Part shown: piece by piece, positions 51,616-61,387 of the stretch
Numbering within the stretch: the stretch's first letter is position 1
Layout of the letters: each line of letters begins with the position of its first letter
Origin: an uncultured bacterium
GTDB taxonomy: Bacteria; Patescibacteriota; Minisyncoccia; UBA6257; GWB1-50-10
DNA length: 64,000 nucleotides
Direction: 5' to 3'
Assembly (NCBI GenBank): GCA_963722655.1
Contig: CAVRNT010000002.1
Span: 71,461-135,460 of the forward strand
Notes under the pieces: generated by a model
Told to the model about the DNA's origin: nothing
Databases searched by the model: none
What the model saw: only the letters and a program-made list of their open reading frames with translations
Program-made: the position numbers and the translations under genes

Positions 51616-53140
51616 GCTTCTCGACTGGATCGACGGTATTTTGAACCGGGTCACGATGTACCGGCTTATTCTGTACTATTTGATCGCCCTGCTCGTCGTT
51701 GCGATCGGCTTCAGCGCCTTGAACGTCCTGCCTTACGACCCGCTCGCCCTCGCGGCCTCGGCGGTCTTCATCCTCGGCGTCTGCCTCCTCGCGAACGAGG
51801 TTTTTGCCAAGGTTTGGAAGGTGCCGGCGAATGCGGAGTCGGCCTACATCACCGCCTTCATCCTCACGCTCATCATCACGCCCCTCAAACTGCCGCACCA
51901 AGGAGCTTTCATCGAGACCGCCCTTTGGGCCTCCGCGATCGCCATCGCCTCCAAGTACGTCATCGCCATCAAGAAGAAGCACATTTGGAACCCCGCGGCC
52001 TTCGGCGTCGCCGCGACGGCGCTTTTTTTGAACGACCCGGCCACTTGGTGGGTCGCGACGGCCGCACTCGCCCCCTTCGTCCTTTTGGGCGGGCTGCTCC
52101 TCGTCCGGAAACTTCAGCGCTCCGATCTCGTTTGGAGTTTCTCCCTCGTCGCCCTCGCGACGATCGTCGCGACGAACGCCGGAGGCAACCTCGGCTTGCC
52201 CACGATTCTCCAAAGGGCCCTACTTGACGCCCCGCTTCTTTTCTTCGGCTTCGTGATGCTCACCGAGCCTTTGACCTCGCCGCCCACCCGGCCGCGCCGC
52301 ATCGTTTACGGCGCCTTTGTCGGTCTTCTCTTCGCCCCGGCGGTCCACTTGGGCAGCGTTTATTCCACGCCGGAGCTCGCGCTCCTTTTCGGGAACGTCC
52401 TTTCGTACCTGATGAGCCCGAAACAAAAGCTCGTTCTCACACTCAAGGAGAAGGTCCAAATCGCTCCCGATATGTACGACTTCGCCTTCGCGGGCGGCGA
52501 GGAAATGCGCTTCCGGCCCGGCCAGTACATGGAATGGACCCTAGGCCACGAAAAAACGGACAGCCGCGGCAATCGCCGTTACTTCACCTTAGCTTCGTCG
52601 CCGACCGAAGACGACATCCGGCTCGGCGTGAAATTCTACGAGCGGTCCAGTTCCTTCAAGCGGGCGCTTTTGAACCTAGACGATGGGCAAACCATCGTCG
52701 CCGGGCAGCTCGCCGGGGACTTCACTCTCCCGCGGGACAAGAGGAAAAAGCTCGCCTTCATCGCCGGCGGCATTGGCATCACGCCCTTCCGGAGCATGGT
52801 CAAATACCTTTTGGACAAAAAAGAGGTTCGGCCGGCCGTGCTCATTTATTCCAACCGGAACGCGGAGGATATCGTCTACAGCAACCTTTTCGCCCGGGCC
52901 GAAAGGGAATTGGACCTCAAGACCGTTTACACTCTGACCGAGACTGCGCCGGTCGATTGGCGCGGCGAGAAAGGGCGGGTGAGCGCTGCGCTGATCGCCC
53001 GGAACGTGCCGGATTGGCGCGAAAGGACTTTCTACGTCTCGGGCACGCACGCGATGGTCGCGGCGACGGAAAGCGTCCTCAAAGGGATGGGGGTGCCGCC
53101 GGGCCGGATCAAGACCGACTTCTTCCCAGGATTCGCCTGA
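51596..53140 (+). CDS. membrane protein fusion: N-terminal polytopic domain (NqrB/RnfD-like?) plus C-terminal ferredoxin-NADP-reductase-like FAD/NAD(P)-binding domain
   Basis: ~300 aa hydrophobic N-terminus with 'HIWNPAAFG'. The C-terminus has 'RFRPGQYMEWTL...RRYFTLASSP' (FAD binding) and 'IAGGIGITPFRSM' (NAD binding). The start is TTG 51596 or ATG 51605. Confidence 0.7.
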   Translation: MKNMWRKLLDWIDGILNRVTMYRLILYYLIALLVVAIGFSALNVLPYDPLALAASAVFILGVCLLANEVFAKVWKVPANAESAYITAFILTLIITPLKLPHQGAFIETALWASAIAIASKYVIAIKKKHIWNPAAFGVAATALFLNDPATWWVATAALAPFVLLGGLLLVRKLQRSDLVWSFSLVALATIVATNAGGNLGLPTILQRALLDAPLLFFGFVMLTEPLTSPPTRPRRIVYGAFVGLLFAPAVHLGSVYSTPELALLFGNVLSYLMSPKQKLVLTLKEKVQIAPDMYDFAFAGGEEMRFRPGQYMEWTLGHEKTDSRGNRRYFTLASSPTEDDIRLGVKFYERSSSFKRALLNLDDGQTIVAGQLAGDFTLPRDKRKKLAFIAGGIGITPFRSMVKYLLDKKEVRPAVLIYSNRNAEDIVYSNLFARAERELDLKTVYTLTETAPVDWRGEKGRVSAALIARNVPDWRERTFYVSGTHAMVAATESVLKGMGVPPGRIKTDFFPGFA

Positions 53141-53160
53141 TGGCGTAAAATAAGAACGGA

Positions 53161-53829
53161 ATGTCGCAACTGTTTTTGAGATACAAAACCTGTTTCCGCG
53201 ACCGAAAGTTCGTCTGGTCGTTCATCCTGGGGGTCCTCGTCCTCGCCGCCGGGATCGCGGTCTCGATCTTCGCCATCGCCTACGCCACGAACCGGGCCAG
53301 CAACTCGGTGACCGACCTCATTTTGAGCAACATCCCGGTCTTCAACGTAGACGACGCCTTCGTTTACGGACCGGTGATCTTCTGGCTCGTCGTCATCGGC
53401 TACACATTTTGGGACCCGAAGAAATTGCCTTTCACCTTGAAGAGCATCGGCGTTTTCCTCATCATCCGTTCGGCCTTCGTCAGTTTGACCCACATCAGTC
53501 CCTTCCCGACCCACGTTGAGATCGACTCCTCCGGGCTTCTCGCCGTCTTCACGACGGGCAAGGACCAGTTCTTCTCCGGCCACACCGGACTGCCATTTCT
53601 CATTGCCATGATCTATTGGCGGGATAAATGGATGCGGGCCTTCGCCTTGGCCGCCTCGTTCTTCTTCGGCATCATCGTCCTTCTGGGCCATCTCCACTAT
53701 TCCATCGACGTCTTCGCCGCCTTCTTCATCACGTACTCCATCTTCCACATCTGCCTCTCAATGTTCCACAATGACCGGCTGATCTTCCTCGGCAAAGACC
53801 CCGCCCTCACGCCGCAAACGCAAACCTGA
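53161..53829 (+). CDS. PAP2_C / sphingomyelin-synthase-like membrane protein
   Basis: 'FFSGHTG' and 'GHLHYSIDVFAAFFITY'. Paralog of 16452..17075. Confidence 0.65.
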   Translation: MSQLFLRYKTCFRDRKFVWSFILGVLVLAAGIAVSIFAIAYATNRASNSVTDLILSNIPVFNVDDAFVYGPVIFWLVVIGYTFWDPKKLPFTLKSIGVFLIIRSAFVSLTHISPFPTHVEIDSSGLLAVFTTGKDQFFSGHTGLPFLIAMIYWRDKWMRAFALAASFFFGIIVLLGHLHYSIDVFAAFFITYSIFHICLSMFHNDRLIFLGKDPALTPQTQT

Positions 53830-53837
53830 GCTCAGCG

Positions 53838-54236
53838 ATGGAAAGGTTCAAAAAAAACCAGGAGAAGTACATTGTGGCGGTGATGGCCGTCCTTACCCTC
53901 GTTCTCATCGTCCTTTTCATTGCCCTCATCCAGCAGTACCTGGACCTGCGTCAGCAAAGGATGATCGACGACCACGTTCTTTGGCTCTCTTTCATCAATC
54001 GCCACACGCCCTTGACCGCCGCGGACACCAACGTCATCCAGCCGTGGATGACCTTCGATTACGTTAACCGTGTCTTCAACCTGCCGCGGACCTACCTCCA
54101 AACCGCCCTCAGCGTGGGGAGCGCCAGTTACCCCCAACTCCCGCTCTACCGCTTCGCCGAATCGCAGAAGATTTCTCCCGCAACCTTCACCGACGAGGTG
54201 AGGAACGCCGTGCGGAGCTACGTCCCGGCGAAGTAA
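53838..54236 (+). CDS. membrane-anchored hypothetical protein
   Basis: 132 aa with an N-terminal TM. Confidence 0.4.
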   Translation: MERFKKNQEKYIVAVMAVLTLVLIVLFIALIQQYLDLRQQRMIDDHVLWLSFINRHTPLTAADTNVIQPWMTFDYVNRVFNLPRTYLQTALSVGSASYPQLPLYRFAESQKISPATFTDEVRNAVRSYVPAK

Positions 54237-54237
54237 G

Positions 54238-54861
54238 ATGGCCTCCTATACTTCCGTCCTCGGCGTTCTCCTTTCTTACGTCCTCCTTTACAAGTATTTT
54301 ACGCTCTTCCTAGCGATCTTCCTGGCGGGCATCATCGTGCCCATCCCGGCGAGCGAGCTTTTGATGGCCGTCGGCGCCTTTTCCGGCCAGGGCTACCTGA
54401 ATTTCTGGCTGGCGCTTCTAGCCGGCCTTTCTGGTAACGTTTTGGGCGATCTGGTGGATTATTCCCTGGCGAAAAGGTACGGCCCCAGATTGATTCGCCG
54501 CTTCCGCCTCAATCGGATAAAGTTCATCGACCAACTGGAAGCGGAGGTGCGGCGGGACGCGCCTTTCATGATCTTCGCGACCCGCATCGCGGGTGCCCTG
54601 GGGCCGGCGGTGAGCGTCCTTTCCGGCGTCTCCGGCGTCTCGCTTAAAAAATTCCTGCTCTACGACGTGACGGGCAACCTGGTGGACATCGGCGGGCTGC
54701 TCCTCATCGGCTACACCGTGGGGAGCTATTGGGAGAACCTTTCCGACATCGCCGGCATCGTCATCGCCATCCTCGTCGTCGCCATCGTGATGTTCATCCT
54801 CTGGCGGATATCACAGCGGATTTTCAAAAGGACCTTTCGCTATCATGACGAGCAAAACTGA
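54238..54861 (+). CDS. DedA / SNARE-associated (TVP38/TMEM64) family membrane protein
   Basis: 'GIIVPIPASELLMAVGAF', 'GNVLGDLVDYSLAKRYG'. Confidence 0.8.
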   Translation: MASYTSVLGVLLSYVLLYKYFTLFLAIFLAGIIVPIPASELLMAVGAFSGQGYLNFWLALLAGLSGNVLGDLVDYSLAKRYGPRLIRRFRLNRIKFIDQLEAEVRRDAPFMIFATRIAGALGPAVSVLSGVSGVSLKKFLLYDVTGNLVDIGGLLLIGYTVGSYWENLSDIAGIVIAILVVAIVMFILWRISQRIFKRTFRYHDEQN

Positions 54862-55375
54862 AATTGCGGTCTTCGGCGGCGGTTGCTTCTGGTGCACCGA
54901 GGCTGTTTTCAAGGCGCTCAAGGGAGTTGTTTCCGTGATGCCCGGCTACGCCGGTGGCACGACCGCAAATCCTAACTATGAGGATGTTTGTTCTGGCAAG
55001 ACCGGTCACGCCGAAGTGTCGCGCGTGGAGTACGACCCCATAGCGACATCCTACGAAGATCTGCTCACAATCTTCTTTGCCACTCACGATCCGACGACCT
55101 TGAACCGGCAGGGCGCCGACGTTGGGACACAATACCGTTCCATTATCCTCTACACGAACGAAGAACAGAAAAACGTAGCCGCGCGTTTCATTGAAAAGCT
55201 CAACGTATCCGGGCCCAAGGTCGTAACGGAGGTGAAGCCGCTTGACGTCTTCTATCCGGCAGAAGAGGGACACCAGGACTACTATGCCCGCAATCGGTCG
55301 GCCCCGTACTGCCAGATCGTTATCAACCCGAAGATGGAAAAATTGAGACAAAGATTCGATAAGTTGTTAAAATAA
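54845..55375 (+). CDS. msrA: peptide methionine sulfoxide reductase MsrA
   Basis: 'AVFGGGCFWCTEAVF', 'GYAGGTTANPNYEDVCSGKTGHAEV'. Confidence 0.9.
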   Translation: MTSKTEIAVFGGGCFWCTEAVFKALKGVVSVMPGYAGGTTANPNYEDVCSGKTGHAEVSRVEYDPIATSYEDLLTIFFATHDPTTLNRQGADVGTQYRSIILYTNEEQKNVAARFIEKLNVSGPKVVTEVKPLDVFYPAEEGHQDYYARNRSAPYCQIVINPKMEKLRQRFDKLLK

Positions 55376-55380
55376 GTACT

Positions 55381-55758
55381 ATGAAAGACGACAAAGAACT
55401 ACCTAAGGAGCTTTACGAGGTCGCCCGCCAGAGGGGGACAGAAGCGCCTTTCACTGGCAAATATCTGAACACACACGATAAAGGAATGTACAAGTGCGCC
55501 GTCTGCGGAGCGGAGTTGTTCTCCTCCGACGCCAAATTCGATTCCGGAACCGGCTGGCCGAGCTTCACTGAACCTAAAAATCTCGAGAACGTCGAGTTAC
55601 GACCCGATAATTCGCACGGCATGCACCGCACCGAAGTGGTCTGTAAGAACTGCGGAGCACATCTCGGGCACCTCTTCGACGACGGCCCGAAAGAAAAAGG
55701 CGGCAAGCGGTACTGCATCAACTCCGTCTGCCTAGAACTGGAGAAAAAAGATCAGTAA
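55381..55758 (+). CDS. msrB: peptide methionine sulfoxide reductase MsrB
   Basis: 'CAVCGAELFSS', 'GWPSF', 'CKNCGAHLGHLFDDGP'. Confidence 0.9.
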   Translation: MKDDKELPKELYEVARQRGTEAPFTGKYLNTHDKGMYKCAVCGAELFSSDAKFDSGTGWPSFTEPKNLENVELRPDNSHGMHRTEVVCKNCGAHLGHLFDDGPKEKGGKRYCINSVCLELEKKDQ

Positions 55759-56372
55759 CCGGCCGGGAAGTTATAAGAGGAGGGGATTTGCTTGGGCGCC
55801 TCGGCGGGCGAGCCGTAAACTATCGCTATTTCCTGGTGCGATTGGAGCTCGATGCTCCTGGGATCTCCGTAATATTGCGCGCCGTTAACGTAAACGGCGA
55901 GCGTGTCCGTGGCGTCGGCGCAGTAGCCGCCAACGCAGCTCGCCGTGAGACGCACACCCCAGATATCAAAGAACTGGCCGAGGTAGAAGGGCTGGACGAC
56001 GGGGGACTCCACGTGGACGATGGCCGTGCCGTCGTGAACGTGGATGGGCGAGATGAAACCGGCCGCGTCGTCAATGCCGATGTCCGCCGGAACCGCAACC
56101 GCTTGGCCGTGGATGAATATGTCCAAATGCTGGTGGATATGGAGGGCCGTGCCTTCCTGAGCGAGGGTCGGCAAGCCAATCGCCTGGAGCCGGGCCGCGA
56201 GCCCACCGATGTTCGCCGGCCAAGGGGCGTTACCGGTCAAAAGCCCCGGCAAGCTGCTCGGATCGGCGATGGGCTTGGGAGCCAGCGCCTGACCGCTCCG
56301 GCCGAAATAAAAAAGCGCGATCAGTATGATAACTAAAACGCTGATAATATAAGGGGTTTTGCTCTTCCGCAT
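55752..56372 (-). CDS. exported hypothetical protein
   Basis: Signal/TM N-terminus and His-rich motifs 'HIHQHLDIFIHGQ' and 'PIHVHDGT'. Confidence 0.5.
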   Translation of the reverse strand: MRKSKTPYIISVLVIILIALFYFGRSGQALAPKPIADPSSLPGLLTGNAPWPANIGGLAARLQAIGLPTLAQEGTALHIHQHLDIFIHGQAVAVPADIGIDDAAGFISPIHVHDGTAIVHVESPVVQPFYLGQFFDIWGVRLTASCVGGYCADATDTLAVYVNGAQYYGDPRSIELQSHQEIAIVYGSPAEAPKQIPSSYNFPAGY

Positions 56373-56427
56373 GAAAATCGAGGTTGGATTTAGTATAATA
56401 TCCTAAGTCGAAAAAACCAAATATCTT

Positions 56428-56706
56428 ATGTCCAAATCATCAAAGTTCATAGTTTGGATCGTGATCGCCGCCATCGTCGTCGTAGGCATCATTTTGATCA
56501 TCAACTCCAACCAGTCGAACCAGCCAGCTGGTACGAGCGCCGGAATCTCTGGGAACGTGAGCGGTCAAACTTCGCCGACCGACACATCGGATGCTGCGCT
56601 GAACCAGGACCTCTCGTCGCTCGACAATCAGTTGAACGGCTTGAGCTCCGATTCGGCGAGCATCAACCAAAGCTTGAACGACCAGCCGGTCACGCAAGGT
56701 CAATGA
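56428..56706 (+). CDS. small membrane-anchored S/N/Q-rich protein
   Basis: 92 aa with an N-terminal TM. Confidence 0.4.
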   Translation: MSKSSKFIVWIVIAAIVVVGIILIINSNQSNQPAGTSAGISGNVSGQTSPTDTSDAALNQDLSSLDNQLNGLSSDSASINQSLNDQPVTQGQ

Positions 56707-57506
56707 TCAAAAATAAAACAAGGAACATGAAACAAGACGCAAGAAATACAGTAGCGGTGATCGCGATCGTAGCGACGATGATCGCCGTGCCAGTTTTCGC
56801 CCAGTCAAGTTCGACGGCGGCCACCTCGACCCGGCCCGGTCTCACAGCCCGGCTCCAGAACATCGTGAACCGCGCCGACCAGGAGATCGAAAGACGGGTC
56901 AACACGCTAAACGGCCTATCTTCCCGCATCAACTCAATGGTCAAGCTCTCGGACGCGGAAAAGAGCGGACTTTCTTCATCCATCCAGTCGCAGATAGACG
57001 AGATGAACTCTTTGAAGTCCAAGGTGGGTGAGGACGGCGACCTCACCTCGCTCAAGTCCGACGTCCAATCCATCACTAATTCCTACCGTATCTATATGCT
57101 CGTCGTGCCCCAGGGGACGATCACCGCGGCCGCCGACCGAGCGATGGAGGTGGCGAGCTCTGTCCAGGCGATTGGCGTGAAACTCCAGGCACGCCTCACG
57201 GCGGCCCAGTCGGCCGGCCATGACGTGACCGCGCTCCAGACGGACCTTTCCGACATGAACGCCAAGGCGAGCGATGCCATCACCCAGGCCCAAGCGGCCA
57301 TCGCGGAGGTGACGGCGCTCACGCCGGATAACGGTTCATCGACCCTGGCGCAGGCGAATACCGCCGCGCTCAAGGACGCCAGGACGAAGATCCAGACGGC
57401 GATGAAGGACCTCCAGGCCGCCCGCAAGGACGCTGGGACCATCGTCCAAGGTCTCCGGGCCTTCGCCAAACCGAACGCCTCTTCCACCACCTCCGGGAAC
57501 CAATAA
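56704..57506 (+). CDS. secreted coiled-coil protein (hypothetical)
   Basis: Signal peptide 'VAVIAIVATMIAVPVFAQ' and an Ala/Gln/Leu-rich heptad-like sequence. Confidence 0.5.
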
Positions 57507-57551
57507 GGAAATGAAAATAGAAACGCTCCGAATCAAATCGGAGCGTTTTTG

Positions 57552-57854
57552 TTATGCCTCGTCCAGGATTATTTTCTTCTTGAAGCCGCCTCTTTCCGCC
57601 ACTTTCTTCTGGCGAATGGCCTCCGCCTCCTTCATGCTGAAACCTTCAAGTTCCGCGACGGCGTTCATCACCTCAAGAATGTCGGCGAACTCGTGGATGC
57701 TTTCGTCCTTCTTGAACTCCGCGACCTCTTCCGAAAGTTTTCCCAAAAGCTTTTCCTTGTACTCCGCGTCAGTTGCGATGTGCGTCTTAGATGTATCGCC
57801 CTTGGACCGGATGATGTCGGGAATATTGTCCCTGACAAGTTTATTGTATTTCAT
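57552..57854 (-). CDS. MazG-like nucleoside triphosphate pyrophosphohydrolase domain protein
   Basis: 'KLVRDNIPDII', 'EFADILEVMNAVAELEGFS'. A 'gagg' SD sits 8 nt upstream. Confidence 0.7.
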   Translation of the reverse strand: MKYNKLVRDNIPDIIRSKGDTSKTHIATDAEYKEKLLGKLSEEVAEFKKDESIHEFADILEVMNAVAELEGFSMKEAEAIRQKKVAERGGFKKKIILDEA

Positions 57855-57955
57855 AATTGCCTCGTTTTAGGTTTCTTAAAGAATTATAGGCGTGATCCTC
57901 AAATTACTGCAACTTCTTGAAAAACCCGGCGATTTACCTTAAGATAGGAATGTTT

Positions 57956-58026
57956 TGCGGGATCGTCTAATGGTAGGACACATGCCTCTGGAGCATGGTA
58001 TCTTGGTTCGAATCCAGGTCCCGCAG
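57956..58026 (+). tRNA. tRNA-Gln(CUG)
   Basis: Hand-folded: acceptor TGCGGGA/TCCCGCA (U1:A72 as in bacterial tRNA-Gln), D-stem GTCT/GGAC, anticodon stem CATGC/GCATG with loop CTCTGGA, T-stem CTTGG/CCAGG with loop TTCGAAT. Confidence 0.8.
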
Positions 58027-58041
58027 CTAATACTAATTTAA

Positions 58042-58716
58042 ATGACCCGTATCAAATTTATAATTGATAAGAAAATAGATATCGATAATCATCTGATTGC
58101 TCTGGACGCGTATAGGCGACATTTGAAATCCGGTTTTAAACAAAGAGACAAGATAAACGATGCTCTTCTCAGGTTGTCAATCCAAAAAAGAAAAAAGGAG
58201 ATAGAGAAGAGTATTTCTGGATTATACAAAAAAAGAAAATACCTTGACGTTCTCGCTAGGGATATAAATAAAGTTTGGATTGAAATCGAGCCTGAATTTA
58301 TACGGAGATTAGAAAAAATTCACAAACACCCATTTCCTTTCAGGTCTGTGAGGGGCGTACTCTCTTCGGCGCAAGGATTTGGTTACAAGGTCGATAAGGG
58401 TTGGTTCGCAACAAGCATGTTTAAGAATAAATTTGGGGCCACGGATACCGCCATGCACGAACTCATGCATTTCATGTTCCATAAATATTATCAAAATTCT
58501 CCTGCCGAAAAAGGACTCCCTCAAAACAAGTTTTGGGACGTTAAAGAATCCTTTACTGTCTTACTAAATCTGGAATTTGAAGATCTACGGTTTAATATGG
58601 ATTATGGCTATCCGCAACATAAAAAACTACGGGAAGCGATAACAAAATCTTGGAAAAAGCATCATGATTTTGACAAAGCACTAGATGCGGCGGTTAGGGC
58701 CGCAAAGAGGTCATAA
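58042..58716 (+). CDS. AT-rich hypothetical protein with an HExxH motif, immediately downstream of tRNA-Gln
   Basis: 'DTAMHELMHFMFHKY'. GC is far below the surrounding sequence. Confidence 0.5.
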   Translation: MTRIKFIIDKKIDIDNHLIALDAYRRHLKSGFKQRDKINDALLRLSIQKRKKEIEKSISGLYKKRKYLDVLARDINKVWIEIEPEFIRRLEKIHKHPFPFRSVRGVLSSAQGFGYKVDKGWFATSMFKNKFGATDTAMHELMHFMFHKYYQNSPAEKGLPQNKFWDVKESFTVLLNLEFEDLRFNMDYGYPQHKKLREAITKSWKKHHDFDKALDAAVRAAKRS

Positions 58717-58811
58717 CAATAAAATCGTTCGAAAATCGTCCAAGACAGCCAGCAGTAGTCAGCGCAGTTCAGAGGGAGACCGGAGAGCGTTATTTTGCTA
58801 CAATTTTTAAA

Positions 58812-59321
58812 ATGCTTCTCTCAAAAGGTTCCAGGTTAGGAATGTGGCTAATTGCAGCGATCCTTGTTTGGGTCGTTGCCCAATTTATAGGCGGGGATCT
58901 ATTCGGTTTGATGCAAAACGACCGATGTTTCGCCGTTTTCGGCTGCAACGCTGGTTTTTTCGGCTACGACGCCTTCGTCCACCTCCTATCTGGGGCAATG
59001 CTCGCACTTTTCATTGTGTGGCTTGGAGAGGCGTACCCGCAGCTCAAGGTTGTATCGGAAAATTTTCTTAAGAGCGCGGTCATCGTTATCGCGATTTGCG
59101 CGCTCATAGAGACGTGTTGGGAGATGTGGGAATTCGGGGTTGATCACTTCAGAATGGATGTCCTGCACGAGAACCTGACGAACCCGAACGTCTTGTGGCA
59201 ACCGAGCAACAGCGACACGATGGGCGACGAGACGTTCAATCTTGCGGGGAGCATCATCGCCGTTTTGATGCTCGCGGCCATCAAAGGTGAAACGCCGACG
59301 GACGAAACCGGCCGATCTTAA
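58812..59321 (+). CDS. integral membrane protein (hypothetical)
   Basis: 169 aa with 4 hydrophobic segments. Confidence 0.45.
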   Translation: MLLSKGSRLGMWLIAAILVWVVAQFIGGDLFGLMQNDRCFAVFGCNAGFFGYDAFVHLLSGAMLALFIVWLGEAYPQLKVVSENFLKSAVIVIAICALIETCWEMWEFGVDHFRMDVLHENLTNPNVLWQPSNSDTMGDETFNLAGSIIAVLMLAAIKGETPTDETGRS

Positions 59322-59385
59322 GCGTTCTTCGATAAGCACCAATTTAGCCGCCAAAACGTATCAAAAAGCAAAGAGAAGGGGAACG

Positions 59386-61284
59386 ATGTTGTATAATACA
59401 CATATGAAAAGCCTTTTATTGAAGGCGGTTAAAGCCGCGCCGTTTCTTGTCGTAATCTCGGCTCTTATCATCGCTCAAAGCGCCTACGCGATGACGCCTA
59501 CCCTCACCGCCTACGCGACGGGTAGCGGGGACAACGTCCAATTGAACGTGAACGGCGATCCGAATGCAAGCGTAGTGTTGATCTACAACACCAGCGCATC
59601 AAGCTATCCGCAAAACAGCGTCATCGGCAACACTAACGCCAACGGTTCCTTCTCGATCGTTCTCAGCACCGCGACCTATGGCATCTCCCCGAACAGTTTG
59701 TTTGCCGTGAGCGTAAACAGCCAGCAGTCCAACTCCCTCGTTTGGCCGTACAGTGCGACGAGCACAACCTCGACCGCCTTTTCCTTGGGCCAGACAACGC
59801 TTTCCCTCCAGGCCGGCCAGACCTCGGCTGTCACGGCAAATAACCTTAACGGCGGCACTATCTATCTCGCGAGCAACTCCACGCCCTCGGTGGCAAACGT
59901 CTCGATCAGCGGCAGCCAGATAACGGTCACGGCCATCGCCGCCGGTTCCACGACCGCCAACTTCTGCCTCTCGACGAACACCTCGGCCTGCGCCGCCCTT
60001 TCGATCACGGTCCCGAGCGCGAACGTGTCGCCCATCACCCTCAGCCAAAGCAGTCCGTCCATCCCGTACGGCCAGAGCGTCTCAGTCACGATCGGGGGCG
60101 GGACCGGCAACTACTCCATCGTAAGCAACTCCAACCCCGGCGTCATCCAAACGACCTTGAGCGGCGCCTCAGTCAGCTTGTACGCGAACGGCACGAGCGG
60201 CGCGGCGGCGATCACCATCTGCTCCACCGATATGAGCTCCTGCGCCGTTATTAACGCCACAGCCACCGGTTCCCAGACCGGTTCCACCGTTTCCTTTAGC
60301 CAGGTCAACCCGACGCTTTCGCCCGGCCAGATCACGGCCGTGACCGTGAGCGGGGGAACCGGCACCTATTACGTTTCGTCCAATTCCAATACGAACGTGG
60401 TCCAGACCAATCTTGTGAACGGCGTCCTCACCCTGACCGGCATCTCGAACGGTTCCGCCGTCCTCACCGTTTGCGCCTCCTCCGGTGCCTGCGGCGTGAC
60501 GACGGTGACGGTCTCGAACCCCGGCACGACCTCGTTCGCGCTCAGCCAGTCCACTTTGAACATGGCGCTGAACCAGACAGCGAGCGTGACCGCATCCGGC
60601 GCCGGCGGATATTACGTCTCGACGAACAGCAATCCCTCCATCGTCACTCCAACGATAAACGGCAGCACCATCACACTCATTTCGGGCGCCAATTCCGGCA
60701 CCTCCAATTTGAGCATTTGCCAGACCGGCGGCCAGTGTGCCGCGCTCGCCGTGACCGTGGGGACGGGCACGACGAACGCCTCGAATATCGTTCTTAGCCA
60801 GGTACTTTCCGTCGGCCAGGGCGTGAACCTCTTCATCTCCGGCGGGGCGGCCCCTTACTACCTCTCCTCGAACAGCACGTCGGCCTTCACCGCTACCATC
60901 GTCGGCGGCAACGCCTTGATGCTCTACGGCGCGAGCGCCGGGAGCGGCTCGGTCCAGGTCTGCGGCTCCATTGGCGGCTGCGCGACGGTGAACGTCGTGG
61001 TCGTAAGCGCCCCGGCCTCGTCCGGGAGCACGACCTCGGGTACGCCTGCGGCGACCGGCGGCACCTACCAATTCACATATAACTTCACGATCGGGGCCAA
61101 GGGCGCCGACGTGACCGCCCTCCAGAACCGCCTGACCGCGCTCGGCTTCTACTCCGGCCCGGTGACCGGATATTACGGCTCGCTCACCGAAGCCGCCGTC
61201 GAGAAATACCAGACGGCTCACGGCCTCAATTCTCTCGGCAACGTCGGTCCGGGAACACGGTCTTTCCTTAACGCGGGACAATAG
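59386..61284 (+). CDS. cell-surface protein with ~6 tandem ~90-aa Cys-pair repeats and a C-terminal peptidoglycan-binding domain
   Basis: Signal peptide. Repeats of the form '...SNSN..V....I.G..I.L.G...GS......C.....CA...VTV'. The C-terminus 'GADVTALQNRLTALGFYSGPVTGYYGSLTEAAVEKYQ' looks like PG_binding_1. A 'gaagggga' SD sits upstream. Confidence 0.6.
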   Translation: MLYNTHMKSLLLKAVKAAPFLVVISALIIAQSAYAMTPTLTAYATGSGDNVQLNVNGDPNASVVLIYNTSASSYPQNSVIGNTNANGSFSIVLSTATYGISPNSLFAVSVNSQQSNSLVWPYSATSTTSTAFSLGQTTLSLQAGQTSAVTANNLNGGTIYLASNSTPSVANVSISGSQITVTAIAAGSTTANFCLSTNTSACAALSITVPSANVSPITLSQSSPSIPYGQSVSVTIGGGTGNYSIVSNSNPGVIQTTLSGASVSLYANGTSGAAAITICSTDMSSCAVINATATGSQTGSTVSFSQVNPTLSPGQITAVTVSGGTGTYYVSSNSNTNVVQTNLVNGVLTLTGISNGSAVLTVCASSGACGVTTVTVSNPGTTSFALSQSTLNMALNQTASVTASGAGGYYVSTNSNPSIVTPTINGSTITLISGANSGTSNLSICQTGGQCAALAVTVGTGTTNASNIVLSQVLSVGQGVNLFISGGAAPYYLSSNSTSAFTATIVGGNALMLYGASAGSGSVQVCGSIGGCATVNVVVVSAPASSGSTTSGTPAATGGTYQFTYNFTIGAKGADVTALQNRLTALGFYSGPVTGYYGSLTEAAVEKYQTAHGLNSLGNVGPGTRSFLNAGQ

Positions 61285-61387
61285 GAACTCCGCCCGCGCA
61301 CCAGGAAACCGTGGTGCCCCGTATACCCTAACGGGGTTAGGTGGTCGAGCTAGCCTTTTTAATTCGTCCTTAAAAACGCAAAAGAAT

